A DNA stretch of 64,000 nucleotides from a virus (Duplodnaviria > Caudoviricetes): IMG/VR virus record IMGVR_UViG_3300044846_003573, one strand, 5' to 3'. Positions 46,400 to 55,347 of the stretch are shown piece after piece (positions within the stretch are counted from its first letter, which is position 1; every line of letters begins with the position of its first letter). The position numbers and the translations under genes are program-made. The notes under the pieces were generated by a model. It ran no database searches and was not told the origin of the DNA. It saw nothing but the letters and a program-made list of their open reading frames with translations.

Positions 46400-46415
46400 A
46401 TAAAAAAATAAAAAA

Positions 46416-46940
46416 ATGAGTAGATTTAAAAGAATGTTATTCGGTGAAACTCCGTATGTAAAGGTTGAAGATAAAAATAGATTTTATTACATGCTTCAAC
46501 AGATGCAGGCAAACAGATGGAAGATAACAATGATTGTATTGTTTTTATTCTTCTTTATCATTGCCGGTATAAACTCCGCAATATTTTTTGGTGTGTCCAT
46601 TGAAGAAAGTTGGAAAGAAATGTTATTGATATTATTTGGAGCGTTTGTTGGTAATCTTAATAAGGTTGTTGATTACTGGTTCAACTCTGAAGACAGAGAC
46701 AAGATGTTAATTCAAAAGGTTGACGAGGAAGATGGAACATCACTATCAAGTGCTGTGGAATACCCAATAACACCAAGACCACCACAACCACCAGTTGTTG
46801 TAGTTACACAAGTTAAAGAAGAAACTCCTGTGGTTGTTGAAGAACCAGTTGTTTATACTGAACCTGAAGTATATGAGGAACCAATCGTTGAGGAATACCC
46901 AACAGAGGAACCGACACAAGAAGGTGAAGAAAACGTATAA
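46416..46940 (+). CDS. two-TM membrane protein with acidic Pro/Glu-rich tail (holin-like)
   Basis: WKEMLLILFGAFVGNLNKVVDYWFNS resembles the LG..V.YYFGSS end of small phage holins. Confidence 0.6.
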   Translation: MSRFKRMLFGETPYVKVEDKNRFYYMLQQMQANRWKITMIVLFLFFFIIAGINSAIFFGVSIEESWKEMLLILFGAFVGNLNKVVDYWFNSEDRDKMLIQKVDEEDGTSLSSAVEYPITPRPPQPPVVVVTQVKEETPVVVEEPVVYTEPEVYEEPIVEEYPTEEPTQEGEENV

Positions 46941-46955
46941 TAAGTTAACTTAATA

Positions 46956-46991
46956 TTGAAAACCCCACTTGAAAAGGTGGGGTTTTTGTTT
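46956..46991 (+). repeat. 36-bp direct repeat (terminator), copy 1
   Basis: ttgaaaaccccacttgaaaaggtggggtttttgttt, identical at 47729-47764. Confidence 0.9.
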
Positions 46992-47025
46992 AACGGTGTA
47001 TTTATAAATAAAAAACTAAAAAATT

Positions 47026-47712
47026 ATGAAAAAAATTATTTTAAGTATTATTATGTCAACTATGTTATTTAGTTGTGATACAAGTACAAAAACTGAAAAT
47101 GCTGAAGACATTAAATCTGATAAAATTGTTAAGATACATGATGGGTCTTTTGCTTTTTGTGGTGCATCGGGAGCGATTCCAACCGGACGAAAGATTGTTG
47201 TTCAAGGTGTAGAATATGATGAGGGTTGTGCAATATGTCCTGTATTATCAGGGCCATCAATCTCCAATTTGGCGATGGAAGGTTTTAGTGAAACCTACGG
47301 AAAGTTTAATGTTAATGAATACTTCCAAAGTCCTGACGGAACCAATAATACTGTTTGGTCGTTATTTTGGTATTATGATTCAACTACGACTATTCCTCAA
47401 TTTAACCCTTCAACTAAAGAATGGGAAATGATGACACCTGTGAATAGAGCTTTTGTTGTGAATACAGATGAACCAAGTACAAGTGAAAGTAATATGTTCG
47501 CAATGCCAGGTATTATTTTTGATACAACATCTACAGGTATTGTGTTGGCAAAAGTATATGGCCCACTTAACGAGGCTGCGGTTCCACTACGTAAAGCAAT
47601 TCCTGTTAAAACAGGTATGACATCAATCACGGCAGCTAAGATTGGATTTCCTTATCCTGTGGGGACACCTGTACCTATTGCTGAGTATAGTAAAGAACTT
47701 CAAAAAAAGTAA
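47026..47712 (+). CDS. lipoprotein
   Basis: Lipobox MLFSC; Cys-containing soluble domain. Confidence 0.8.
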   Translation: MKKIILSIIMSTMLFSCDTSTKTENAEDIKSDKIVKIHDGSFAFCGASGAIPTGRKIVVQGVEYDEGCAICPVLSGPSISNLAMEGFSETYGKFNVNEYFQSPDGTNNTVWSLFWYYDSTTTIPQFNPSTKEWEMMTPVNRAFVVNTDEPSTSESNMFAMPGIIFDTTSTGIVLAKVYGPLNEAAVPLRKAIPVKTGMTSITAAKIGFPYPVGTPVPIAEYSKELQKK

Positions 47713-47728
47713 AAACAAATAAATATTG

Positions 47729-47764
47729 TTGAAAACCCCACTTGAAAAGGTGGGGTTTTTGTTT
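47729..47764 (+). repeat. 36-bp direct repeat (terminator), copy 2
   Basis: Identical to 46956-46991. Confidence 0.9.
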
Positions 47765-47776
47765 TACATTTGTATC

Positions 47777-48214
47777 AGTTACAAGAGTTCTTTGAAATAA
47801 ATAAAGAGATAATATTATGGAAACAACTTATTTTGTTTTAGGTATGCTCTCGGTTGTTGCTCTAATTTTCATTGGGGTAATTGCTTGGGGTATGGTTAAG
47901 ATTAGTAAACAACAAACAGAAATTGGAAATTTGAAAGAAGATATCCAAGGATTAGTGAGAACAATATCACAAGAAATAGAAGATACGACTCGTCGTATTG
48001 ATTATGAAAGACAAAACATTCAATCTGAGGTTAGAGGATATAGCGACAGATTGGAAAGACAAATTACAGATATTTGGAGAGGTATGACGGATTCTATTTC
48101 TGAATCCAACTCATATACTGACAAACGAATTGATAAATTAATTGATACCTATGATATCAAGAAAGAAAAAGACCTGTTAAAAGGATAAAATAAACATAAA
48201 GAACTCTTGTAACT
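47777..48214. repeat. 17-bp perfect inverted repeat flanking ORF 47817-48188
   Basis: agttacaagagttcttt (47777-47793) and aaagaactcttgtaact (48198-48214). Confidence 0.85.
47817..48188 (+). CDS. membrane-anchored coiled-coil protein
   Basis: N-terminal TM helix followed by a coiled coil. Confidence 0.75.
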   Translation: METTYFVLGMLSVVALIFIGVIAWGMVKISKQQTEIGNLKEDIQGLVRTISQEIEDTTRRIDYERQNIQSEVRGYSDRLERQITDIWRGMTDSISESNSYTDKRIDKLIDTYDIKKEKDLLKG

Positions 48215-48231
48215 TTTTAAAAAAATATATT

Positions 48232-48423
48232 ATGAAAACTTTCAAAAAAATAATAGGAATACTTCCCTTAATCGTTGCTCTTTACCTTTTTGTGGTATTG
48301 TTGATTTCAGCTTTTACAGGAACTAAAATTGAAGAATATGTTGATGTTAAGTGGTGGGGATTGTTCCTTTTAGTTGACCTTTGGGCTGAACAAAAAAATA
48401 AGAAGTTATATGAGGGTGAATAA
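48232..48423 (+). CDS. small membrane protein
   Basis: Two hydrophobic segments. Confidence 0.65.
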   Translation: MKTFKKIIGILPLIVALYLFVVLLISAFTGTKIEEYVDVKWWGLFLLVDLWAEQKNKKLYEGE

Positions 48424-48796
48424 GTTAAGGTTTGCGGTTATCGCTCACGACAATAAGAAGGCCGACATGGTTGCCTTTATCATGAAGAGGTTGGACTTCT
48501 TCAAAGATAATGTTGAAATATTTGCAACAGGAACAACTGGTAAACATATTGAGTTTGCTGGTTTGGATGTTACAAGACTGAAGTCAGGACCGATGGGTGG
48601 TGATGCTCAGATTGCGGCAATGATTGTTGAAGATAAGATTGATTGTGTCATCTTCTTCATTGACCCTTTGTCTGCTCACCCTCACGAAGTTGACGTTCAA
48701 ATGTTAGTTCGTATATGTAATGTTACCGACACACCTATTTCTTGTAATTATGCTACGGCAAGTATGTTGATTAATTATTTTGAAAATCAAGAATAA
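48410..48796 (+). CDS. mgsA: methylglyoxal synthase
   Basis: AVIAHDNKK, ATGTTG, LKSGPMGGDAQI, FFIDPLSAHPHEVDVQMLVRIC. Confidence 0.95.
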   Translation: MRVNKLRFAVIAHDNKKADMVAFIMKRLDFFKDNVEIFATGTTGKHIEFAGLDVTRLKSGPMGGDAQIAAMIVEDKIDCVIFFIDPLSAHPHEVDVQMLVRICNVTDTPISCNYATASMLINYFENQE

Positions 48797-48813
48797 TATC
48801 ATATCTTTGTCCC

Positions 48814-49512
48814 ATGATTTTAAAGATTGAACAAGACATAAAAGGAATATTCCCAAACGTATGGATATGTTCTGACCCGCACTACAATCACAAGAACATT
48901 TGTAGAGGAACGACTAATTGGAGAACAACAGATAACGAAATCCCTGTTGACCAAACTCGTGACTTTGACACACTTGAACGAATGAACCAATCTATCGTTG
49001 ATGGTATCAATTGGAACGTTGGACAGGATGATGTATTGGTTTGTCTTGGTGACTGGTCCTTTGGTGGGTTTGAGTTCATTAAACAATTCAGAGATAGAAT
49101 TGTGTGTAAGAATGTTCACCTTGTATTAGGTAACCATGACCAACACGTTGAAAGAAACAAAGGGGACATACAATCAATCTTCAGTTCAGTATCCGAATAC
49201 CTACGACTTGTAGTTATGGAACCTGTTAAGAAGAACGAAGTAAAGAGACATGAGTTTGTATGTATGCACTACCCAATCCAAAGTTGGGACGGAATGAATA
49301 AAGGTATTCCTCACCTTCACGGACACGTTCACTTACCAAACAATAAAAAGTTTGGTAATGGAAAGAAAATGGACGTTGGGTTTGACGGACACCCTGAGTT
49401 CCGACCATACAACTTGTTGAGAGAAGTATTACCTTTGATGAAAAATCGTGAGCAGTTGTCGGATATGCCGAATGACCACCACCTTGAAAGATTATTAAAC
49501 GCTGATAAATAA
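48814..49512 (+). CDS. calcineurin-like metallophosphoesterase
   Basis: SDPHYNH, CLGDWS, LGNHD, HLHGHVH. Confidence 0.9.
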   Translation: MILKIEQDIKGIFPNVWICSDPHYNHKNICRGTTNWRTTDNEIPVDQTRDFDTLERMNQSIVDGINWNVGQDDVLVCLGDWSFGGFEFIKQFRDRIVCKNVHLVLGNHDQHVERNKGDIQSIFSSVSEYLRLVVMEPVKKNEVKRHEFVCMHYPIQSWDGMNKGIPHLHGHVHLPNNKKFGNGKKMDVGFDGHPEFRPYNLLREVLPLMKNREQLSDMPNDHHLERLLNADK

Positions 49513-49518
49513 AAATAC

Positions 49519-49968
49519 ATGAAAATCTATCTAGATGATATCCGAACACCTGTTGAAAAAGACTGGCAGGTTGTTAGAACTTTTTACGAACTATCTGATT
49601 TAATCCAAAAGGTTGGATTGAATGTTGTTGATGTTATATCATTAGACCACGACTTGGGTGATAGTGCTATGACTGAGTATCACACAAACGTTTCACCTAA
49701 CTATAAATTGAGTTATGAGAACATTGATGAGAAGACTGGATACGACGGTGCGAAGTTCTTGGTTGATGAGTTCTATAAACTAAACCCTGAAAGATTGGAG
49801 ATGAGCCGTTCCGACAAAAAGAAAGAACCAATTAAGTTCCCTGATGTTTATACCCACTCAGCTAATCCTATTGGTAGTGCTAACATCATGGGTTATATCA
49901 ATAACTTCTTGATGAATGAGGGTAAACCACAAAATTGTATCAGAGTTCAAATACCACACACAGTATGA
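49519..49968 (+). CDS. cyclic-phosphate-processing receiver-like domain protein
   Basis: IYLDDIRTP, ISLDHDLG, KTGYDGAKFL, HSANPIG. Confidence 0.8.
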   Translation: MKIYLDDIRTPVEKDWQVVRTFYELSDLIQKVGLNVVDVISLDHDLGDSAMTEYHTNVSPNYKLSYENIDEKTGYDGAKFLVDEFYKLNPERLEMSRSDKKKEPIKFPDVYTHSANPIGSANIMGYINNFLMNEGKPQNCIRVQIPHTV

Positions 49969-50174
49969 CAAGTAGAATAGTTTTTGATGTTGAATTAACG
50001 TTAGACCAAAGAATTGAGATTATTGAAAAGGTTGACCAACACTTTGATATTCTTGATTTTGGAATCAATAGTAATTTCAATAGAGATACTGAGGACAAGG
50101 ATTTACATACACAAATTGATGTGATGTATCCTGGTGTCCCAAGAAAAGTAACCGCTTATTACATAATTAATTAA
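49965..50174 (+). CDS. hypothetical protein
   Basis: Start is likely MTSRIVFDVE. Confidence 0.6.
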   Translation: MTSRIVFDVELTLDQRIEIIEKVDQHFDILDFGINSNFNRDTEDKDLHTQIDVMYPGVPRKVTAYYIIN

Positions 50175-50175
50175 T

Positions 50176-50346
50176 ATGGGACACGCAATTGTTATTATAT
50201 TTTGTTGGGCATTTTTTATTAGTATTAGTGTCCTTTTAGTAGTAATTTTAGGAACTTATTTGGCAGATACGTTTAAAGATAGTAAATTTGACAAATGGTG
50301 GAGACGCCATATTATTGATGATATACCTGAAGAATTAGAAGATTAA
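50176..50346 (+). CDS. small membrane protein
   Basis: MGHAIVIIFCWAFF..KWWRRHIIDDIPEELED*, read by hand. Confidence 0.6.
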   Translation: MGHAIVIIFCWAFFISISVLLVVILGTYLADTFKDSKFDKWWRRHIIDDIPEELED

Positions 50347-50350
50347 AATT

Positions 50351-50740
50351 ATGAAAACATTATATATCGTAAGAGGAATACCAGGAAGTGGCAAAAGCAC
50401 ATTTGCACAATCATTGGATTGTCCTGTATTTGAGGCTGACCAATATTTTATTGATTCTGAAACAGGTGAATACAAATTTGACGGGTCAAAAATAAAACTG
50501 GCTCATAACTGGTGTAAATTACGTGTTGAGCAAAGTATGGAAGATGATTTTCAAAAGATTGCCGTTTCAAACACCTTTACACAAGAGTGGGAAATGGATG
50601 CTTACTATGAGTTAGCCAAACAATACGGATACAGAGTTTTTTCACTTATAGTGGAGAACAGACATGGTGGTGTAAATGAACATGGTGTGCCTGAAGACAA
50701 GTTAGAATTAATGAAAAACCGTTTTGAAGTAAAACTTTAA
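50351..50740 (+). CDS. P-loop kinase (polynucleotide-kinase/AAA_33-like)
   Basis: RGIPGSGKST Walker A, EADQYF, VSNTF, HGVPED. Confidence 0.9.
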   Translation: MKTLYIVRGIPGSGKSTFAQSLDCPVFEADQYFIDSETGEYKFDGSKIKLAHNWCKLRVEQSMEDDFQKIAVSNTFTQEWEMDAYYELAKQYGYRVFSLIVENRHGGVNEHGVPEDKLELMKNRFEVKL

Positions 50741-50746
50741 CAAACA

Positions 50747-51346
50747 ATGATTGATAATATTGAATTAATAAAACCATTATTGAACTTTGAAAACGAGGGT
50801 GACTTCTATATGCTCTACGTATTCAAACGAAAGAAGGACCAACCTGAAGGTGAGAGAGACAATCACCAATCAGTTCGGACTATTAAAACTTATTGTGTTG
50901 AAAGTATTGAATACTTGGAGAAACGATACGATGAGATTAAACAACTCTGTGAGATGTTTAAAGCTCGGGCATATATCCACGTTCAAAAACAAAACCATAA
51001 GGATGTGTCTTTGGAAATGATGATTGGACTGGCTGAAAAGATTAAGAACGGACAACATAACCAAAAACATTTGTTTGACTCAGTTGTCGGACAGATTAAA
51101 ACTCATGAGAAGAGGTGGATTGTAGATTTGGATACTCAAGATGAAGACGAAGTGGTTAGAATGACAAAAGTTATCAATATCACTAGACCTGAAGGAGATA
51201 AGATTAAATGTATCATTCCAACCAAAAATGGTTATCATTTCATTACCGATAGATTTGATGTATCGCAATTTAGTAATGTATATCCTGACGTTGATATTCA
51301 GAAAAAAAATCCAACTTTGTTATTTTTACCTAATTCATTATGTTAA
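50747..51346 (+). CDS. conserved phage hypothetical protein
   Basis: 199-aa ORF with WIVDLD and PTKNGYHFIT (AEP-like motif spacing). Confidence 0.7.
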   Translation: MIDNIELIKPLLNFENEGDFYMLYVFKRKKDQPEGERDNHQSVRTIKTYCVESIEYLEKRYDEIKQLCEMFKARAYIHVQKQNHKDVSLEMMIGLAEKIKNGQHNQKHLFDSVVGQIKTHEKRWIVDLDTQDEDEVVRMTKVINITRPEGDKIKCIIPTKNGYHFITDRFDVSQFSNVYPDVDIQKKNPTLLFLPNSLC

Positions 51347-51726
51347 TTTCATTTATTATTATCTTCATCCATTGGATTGCCGACTTTGTATTACAAACTG
51401 ACTGGCAAGCCCAAAACAAAAGTAAGAACAACTTTGCTTTATTAAGCCACACATCAAATTATTCAATGGTGTGGTTGTTACCTATGTGTTTTGTCTTTGG
51501 TATAATGAAACAAGGTGCGACAACTGAATGGATTGTTTGGTCTACTTTATATTTTAGTATGATTACTTTTGTTGTTCACACTATTACCGATTACTTTACT
51601 AGTCGTCTGAATAGTAAGTTATGGACGGGAGGTAAAGTTCATTACTTCTTTGTCAGTGTTGGTTTTGACCAAGTGTTACATTATGGTCAGTTATTTTTAA
51701 CATATCATTATTTGTTTAATCGTTAA
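51340..51726 (+). CDS. DUF3307-like membrane protein
   Basis: HWIADFVLQT..K, HTITDY, GFDQVLH. Confidence 0.85.
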   Translation: MLISFIIIFIHWIADFVLQTDWQAQNKSKNNFALLSHTSNYSMVWLLPMCFVFGIMKQGATTEWIVWSTLYFSMITFVVHTITDYFTSRLNSKLWTGGKVHYFFVSVGFDQVLHYGQLFLTYHYLFNR

Positions 51727-51746
51727 TTGTTTTGTATCTTTGTTAA

Positions 51747-52808
51747 ATGAACGAAGTGCTAAACAAATATTTTGAGGAAGGGTTGGTGTATAAACAATTA
51801 CATCCAACTCTTCCTTTGACTATATGGAACTACACTGAAAAGGTTCAGTATGAAGGTCTTTTTGATGATGTTACTTTACAAACTCGTGGGTTAGTTACTG
51901 ACAACAAAGGTAATGTTGTTGCTCGTCCATTTAGAAAGTTCTTCAACATAGAAGAAGAAAGACACACTCCGACTTCTGAGTTTGATGTTTATGAAAAGAT
52001 GGATGGTTCACTTGGTATATTGTTCAACTATGAGGGACAATGGGTGATAGCAACTCGTGGTTCATTTGCGTCTGACCAATCATTAAAAGGTTTCTTCATG
52101 TTACAAAAGTATGACTTTAAGAAACTTCACAAAGATTACACTTACCTGTTTGAAATAATATATGATGATAACCGTATAGTTGTTAAGTATGACTATGAGG
52201 ACTTGGTATTACTTGGTATGATAAATACTGAAACTGGGTATGAGGTTGATTTACATGGTGAAGGTAACGATGTTAGATTTAAGAACATGGTTAACAATCT
52301 TGGTTTCAAAGTTGTCAAAAAATACGATGGAATTCGGGATTATACCGAATTGAAGGATAAAGTTGAGCAAAACGCTGAAGGATTTGTTGTTCGTTTTTCT
52401 AATGGAGATAGAATGAAAGTTAAGGGTGTTAAGTATCTTCGTCTTCATAAACTTATGACTAATGTATCTACTACTTCTGTTTGGGAAATGTTGAGCGAGG
52501 ACAAAGATGTATTGGAAATACTGAAAGATGTTCCTGACGAATTCTATAAGAAGATAAAGATGTATGTTCAAGAGTTAAGATATAACCACTATCAGTTTGG
52601 AGAACGTGCTGGTAAGATATATCAGTATTTCAGATATGGTAAGTATGGGGACAGAGAAACTGAACCATCAAAGAAAGACTTTGCTTTACACTTACAAGAA
52701 TGTGAAACTCACCCAAAGATAAAGGCGTTATGTTTTATGATGTGGGATGGAAAGAGTACTGATAAAGTAATATGGAATTATTTAAAACCCGAATATAAAA
52801 AGTTATGA
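51747..52808 (+). CDS. RNA ligase (T4 Rnl1-like)
   Basis: TRGL, KFFN, YEKMDGSLG (adenylated Lys), ATRGSF, LFEII, EGFVV, RMKVK. Confidence 0.92.
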   Translation: MNEVLNKYFEEGLVYKQLHPTLPLTIWNYTEKVQYEGLFDDVTLQTRGLVTDNKGNVVARPFRKFFNIEEERHTPTSEFDVYEKMDGSLGILFNYEGQWVIATRGSFASDQSLKGFFMLQKYDFKKLHKDYTYLFEIIYDDNRIVVKYDYEDLVLLGMINTETGYEVDLHGEGNDVRFKNMVNNLGFKVVKKYDGIRDYTELKDKVEQNAEGFVVRFSNGDRMKVKGVKYLRLHKLMTNVSTTSVWEMLSEDKDVLEILKDVPDEFYKKIKMYVQELRYNHYQFGERAGKIYQYFRYGKYGDRETEPSKKDFALHLQECETHPKIKALCFMMWDGKSTDKVIWNYLKPEYKKL

Positions 52809-53005
52809 AAAAAGAAACATTTGGACAAATAGACCAAACCAATCCTGTTACAAGAGGTAGTACCGCTTTGGTATATAAAGAAGAAACACTTGAAGATGCA
52901 GCACAATCTTACGCTGTAAATCAAAGAAATAGAACTTCTCATTATATGGGGTTTATTCAAGGTGCTAAATGGATGGAAAGACAACTGAAAAATAAAACTA
53001 AATAA
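52805..53005 (+). CDS. hypothetical protein
   Basis: LEDAAQSY..FIQGAKW small-protein pattern. Confidence 0.65.
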   Translation: MKKETFGQIDQTNPVTRGSTALVYKEETLEDAAQSYAVNQRNRTSHYMGFIQGAKWMERQLKNKTK

Positions 53006-53009
53006 AACT

Positions 53010-53288
53010 ATGAAAAAAATTTTAATATCCCCTTGGACATTGTTCTTCGTGTTCGTCGCAACAGTAATGTCGTTAATTGTAATTGCGTCTTATGATAAAC
53101 AAAATGGTTATTATTATAGTGAGGCTCATTATGTTATAAAGGTTGAGAGACACCGACCACAGAATGTTCATGAAGAGATGAACTTGTATTATGATATCAC
53201 ACTTGAAAATGGTGTGGAGATGAAGTCGTTGAGACAGGTATCTGTTGGTGATACTATCTACTTTGATATGTATAAAGTTGGAAAGTAA
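53010..53288 (+). CDS. membrane-anchored hypothetical protein
   Basis: N-terminal TM helix. Confidence 0.7.
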   Translation: MKKILISPWTLFFVFVATVMSLIVIASYDKQNGYYYSEAHYVIKVERHRPQNVHEEMNLYYDITLENGVEMKSLRQVSVGDTIYFDMYKVGK

Positions 53289-53312
53289 GTAATTTATTCG
53301 TATATTTGTTAA

Positions 53313-53993
53313 ATGTTGAAAGTAACCCTAATATCAGACACGCACACTAAAGAACGAAATGTTCTTGTGAATGGTGGTGATTTGATTTTACATAGCGGTG
53401 ACGTTATGAACTCAGGTTATAATTGGGAAGATTTGTATGACTTCTTAAAATGGTTCAGTGAGTTACCATATAAGATGAAGGTATTCATTCCTGGTAATCA
53501 CGACAGATACATTGAGGACAAACCATTTGACGCTTGGAAGATGATTCGTGAGTTTAACGACAAAGGTGTTGTTTGTTTGATTGATGACTTCGTTGAGTTT
53601 GAGGGATTGAAAATCTATGGTAGTCCTTGGCAACCTGAGTTCTACAATTGGGCATTCAATCTACCACGTAATGGTAAGGAGTTGGAAGAGAAGTGGGCAA
53701 ACATTCCTGACGATACCGACATCTTATTGACACACGGACCGGCTTGGGGTATCTTGGATACTGTAGTCAATCGTCGTGATATGAACTTGGGTTGTGAGAT
53801 GTTAACCAAACGATTGGAGACATTACACCCACTAATCCATAGTTGTGGGCATATCCACACAGGTTATGGGTATGTTGAGAAGAACGGAACACACTTCTTC
53901 AACGCATCTATCTTGGATGAGCGTTACCGTCACAACCAAAAACCTTTTGATATCACAATTAATTTAGAAAATAAACAAATAGATATATTATGA
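53313..53993 (+). CDS. metallophosphoesterase
   Basis: ISDTH, HSGD, PGNHD, THGP, CGHIH. Confidence 0.92.
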   Translation: MLKVTLISDTHTKERNVLVNGGDLILHSGDVMNSGYNWEDLYDFLKWFSELPYKMKVFIPGNHDRYIEDKPFDAWKMIREFNDKGVVCLIDDFVEFEGLKIYGSPWQPEFYNWAFNLPRNGKELEEKWANIPDDTDILLTHGPAWGILDTVVNRRDMNLGCEMLTKRLETLHPLIHSCGHIHTGYGYVEKNGTHFFNASILDERYRHNQKPFDITINLENKQIDIL

Positions 53994-54259
53994 AAAAATC
54001 AAATTTTTATGTGGTGATGTTATTCACATCACTAACAATTATGGCAACAATGGTATCTTGTACCGATGCTGAAAAGAGTAAACTAGGTGGATATGGTGAT
54101 ACGTTCACAGTTAAAGTATTAGGACCTGACACCATAATTACTTACCATTCAACAGGTAAGGTTATTAGTGAACAAAATTCTGATGGATATTATTTCACAA
54201 ACCGAGATAATGGTAAATTAGTTGAGGTAAGTGGAAATGTTATAATAGAACAAGAATAA
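53990..54259 (+). CDS. small lipoprotein
   Basis: Lipobox MVSC. Confidence 0.75.
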   Translation: MKKSNFYVVMLFTSLTIMATMVSCTDAEKSKLGGYGDTFTVKVLGPDTIITYHSTGKVISEQNSDGYYFTNRDNGKLVEVSGNVIIEQE

Positions 54260-54260
54260 T

Positions 54261-54989
54261 ATGATTGAAAAATTAGTTAAAAACAGAACCCCGTACCTTG
54301 GGAAAATGGTATTGAAGTTTGAGAAATATCCATACTACACAAGTAGTCATAATGGTCAATTAAATAAAGTTCACCTTAATTTAGGGTTCACCAAATTGGT
54401 GACTAGGTTCATACCAAATCAGGTTATGACAGGTCACTCAAATATTGACCCCAAGAAAGTTGAGTTGATTGAGAAATATACTGGTGGTGTTATTGGAACT
54501 CACAAGTGGGATAATGATGAATTTGTTTTGGAGGATTCTTTCTTAACTAAAGACGGGAAATACATTGGTAACATTGAGACTGCTTGGTGGTATTTTCAAA
54601 ACGGAATGACTGTTTGTGAAGAATATCCAAACGGAGTTGCTATTGTTTGGAATACTGTAAACTCTGATAAAACATTGATGAGTGGGTGGGGTGGTATTAA
54701 AGGTTACTATGGTTACACACATCGTGGTGGAGGTCTATTCAAAATTGGTGACCGATTGTTTGATGAAAAATATAATCCAGTTGTTGAGGATTATGATGAG
54801 AAGGAATTTACAAAGTGGTGGAAAACATATATCAAGTCATATAAAAAGGGTGACGATTTTGATAGAAAACACATTTATAATGATGGAATTAAATCGGTAA
54901 TACCATTCAACAAGAGAGGTAAACATACGATTAAAAATTGGGAAGACGCAAGAACTGCGGCGATTAATATGTCAAAATATCTATCATAA
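54261..54989 (+). CDS. hypothetical protein
   Basis: 242-aa ORF. Confidence 0.75.
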   Translation: MIEKLVKNRTPYLGKMVLKFEKYPYYTSSHNGQLNKVHLNLGFTKLVTRFIPNQVMTGHSNIDPKKVELIEKYTGGVIGTHKWDNDEFVLEDSFLTKDGKYIGNIETAWWYFQNGMTVCEEYPNGVAIVWNTVNSDKTLMSGWGGIKGYYGYTHRGGGLFKIGDRLFDEKYNPVVEDYDEKEFTKWWKTYIKSYKKGDDFDRKHIYNDGIKSVIPFNKRGKHTIKNWEDARTAAINMSKYLS

Positions 54990-55189
54990 TGACGGGTAAA
55001 GTATATAAAACAACAAAAGGTTGGTTCGTTGAAACTAAAAACAATGAAATCATACCTGTACATCCAAATAGTGAATTGGATGAAATGAATAGTGGTAATA
55101 AAGTTGACTTTGATATTGTTGAAGAAGACAATAATGGAATGGGTTACACCGAGACATATGAACTAATCAAATATGCAAAAATTGTATGA
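54989..55189 (+). CDS. hypothetical protein (small OB-fold-like)
   Basis: 66-aa ORF. Confidence 0.65.
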   Translation: MTGKVYKTTKGWFVETKNNEIIPVHPNSELDEMNSGNKVDFDIVEEDNNGMGYTETYELIKYAKIV

Positions 55190-55347
55190 AAATAATACCA
55201 TTTTTTGATATGACTTGGAGCAGTGACTTCAAACAGGTTGGACTAATCCCAACAATCTTCGTAACTAAAAGCTACGGAAATAGATATAACTTGTGTATAA
55301 ACTTTTTATGTTTTGATTTTGGACTATGGGTGATAAAAAGAAAATGA
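55186..55347 (+). CDS. small hypothetical protein
   Basis: MKIIPFFDMTW..., read by hand; coupled on both sides. Confidence 0.55.
   Translation: MKIIPFFDMTWSSDFKQVGLIPTIFVTKSYGNRYNLCINFLCFDFGLWVIKRK

Noticed and set aside
39406-48796. Host chromosomal contamination or a bacterial origin for the dnaK/two-component/mgsA region
   Set aside because: Composition, terminator style, TATTTAT promoters and an embedded homing endonuclease match the phage backbone, and the usual bacterial neighbours (grpE, dnaJ) are absent. This is not formally excluded without read-level checks.
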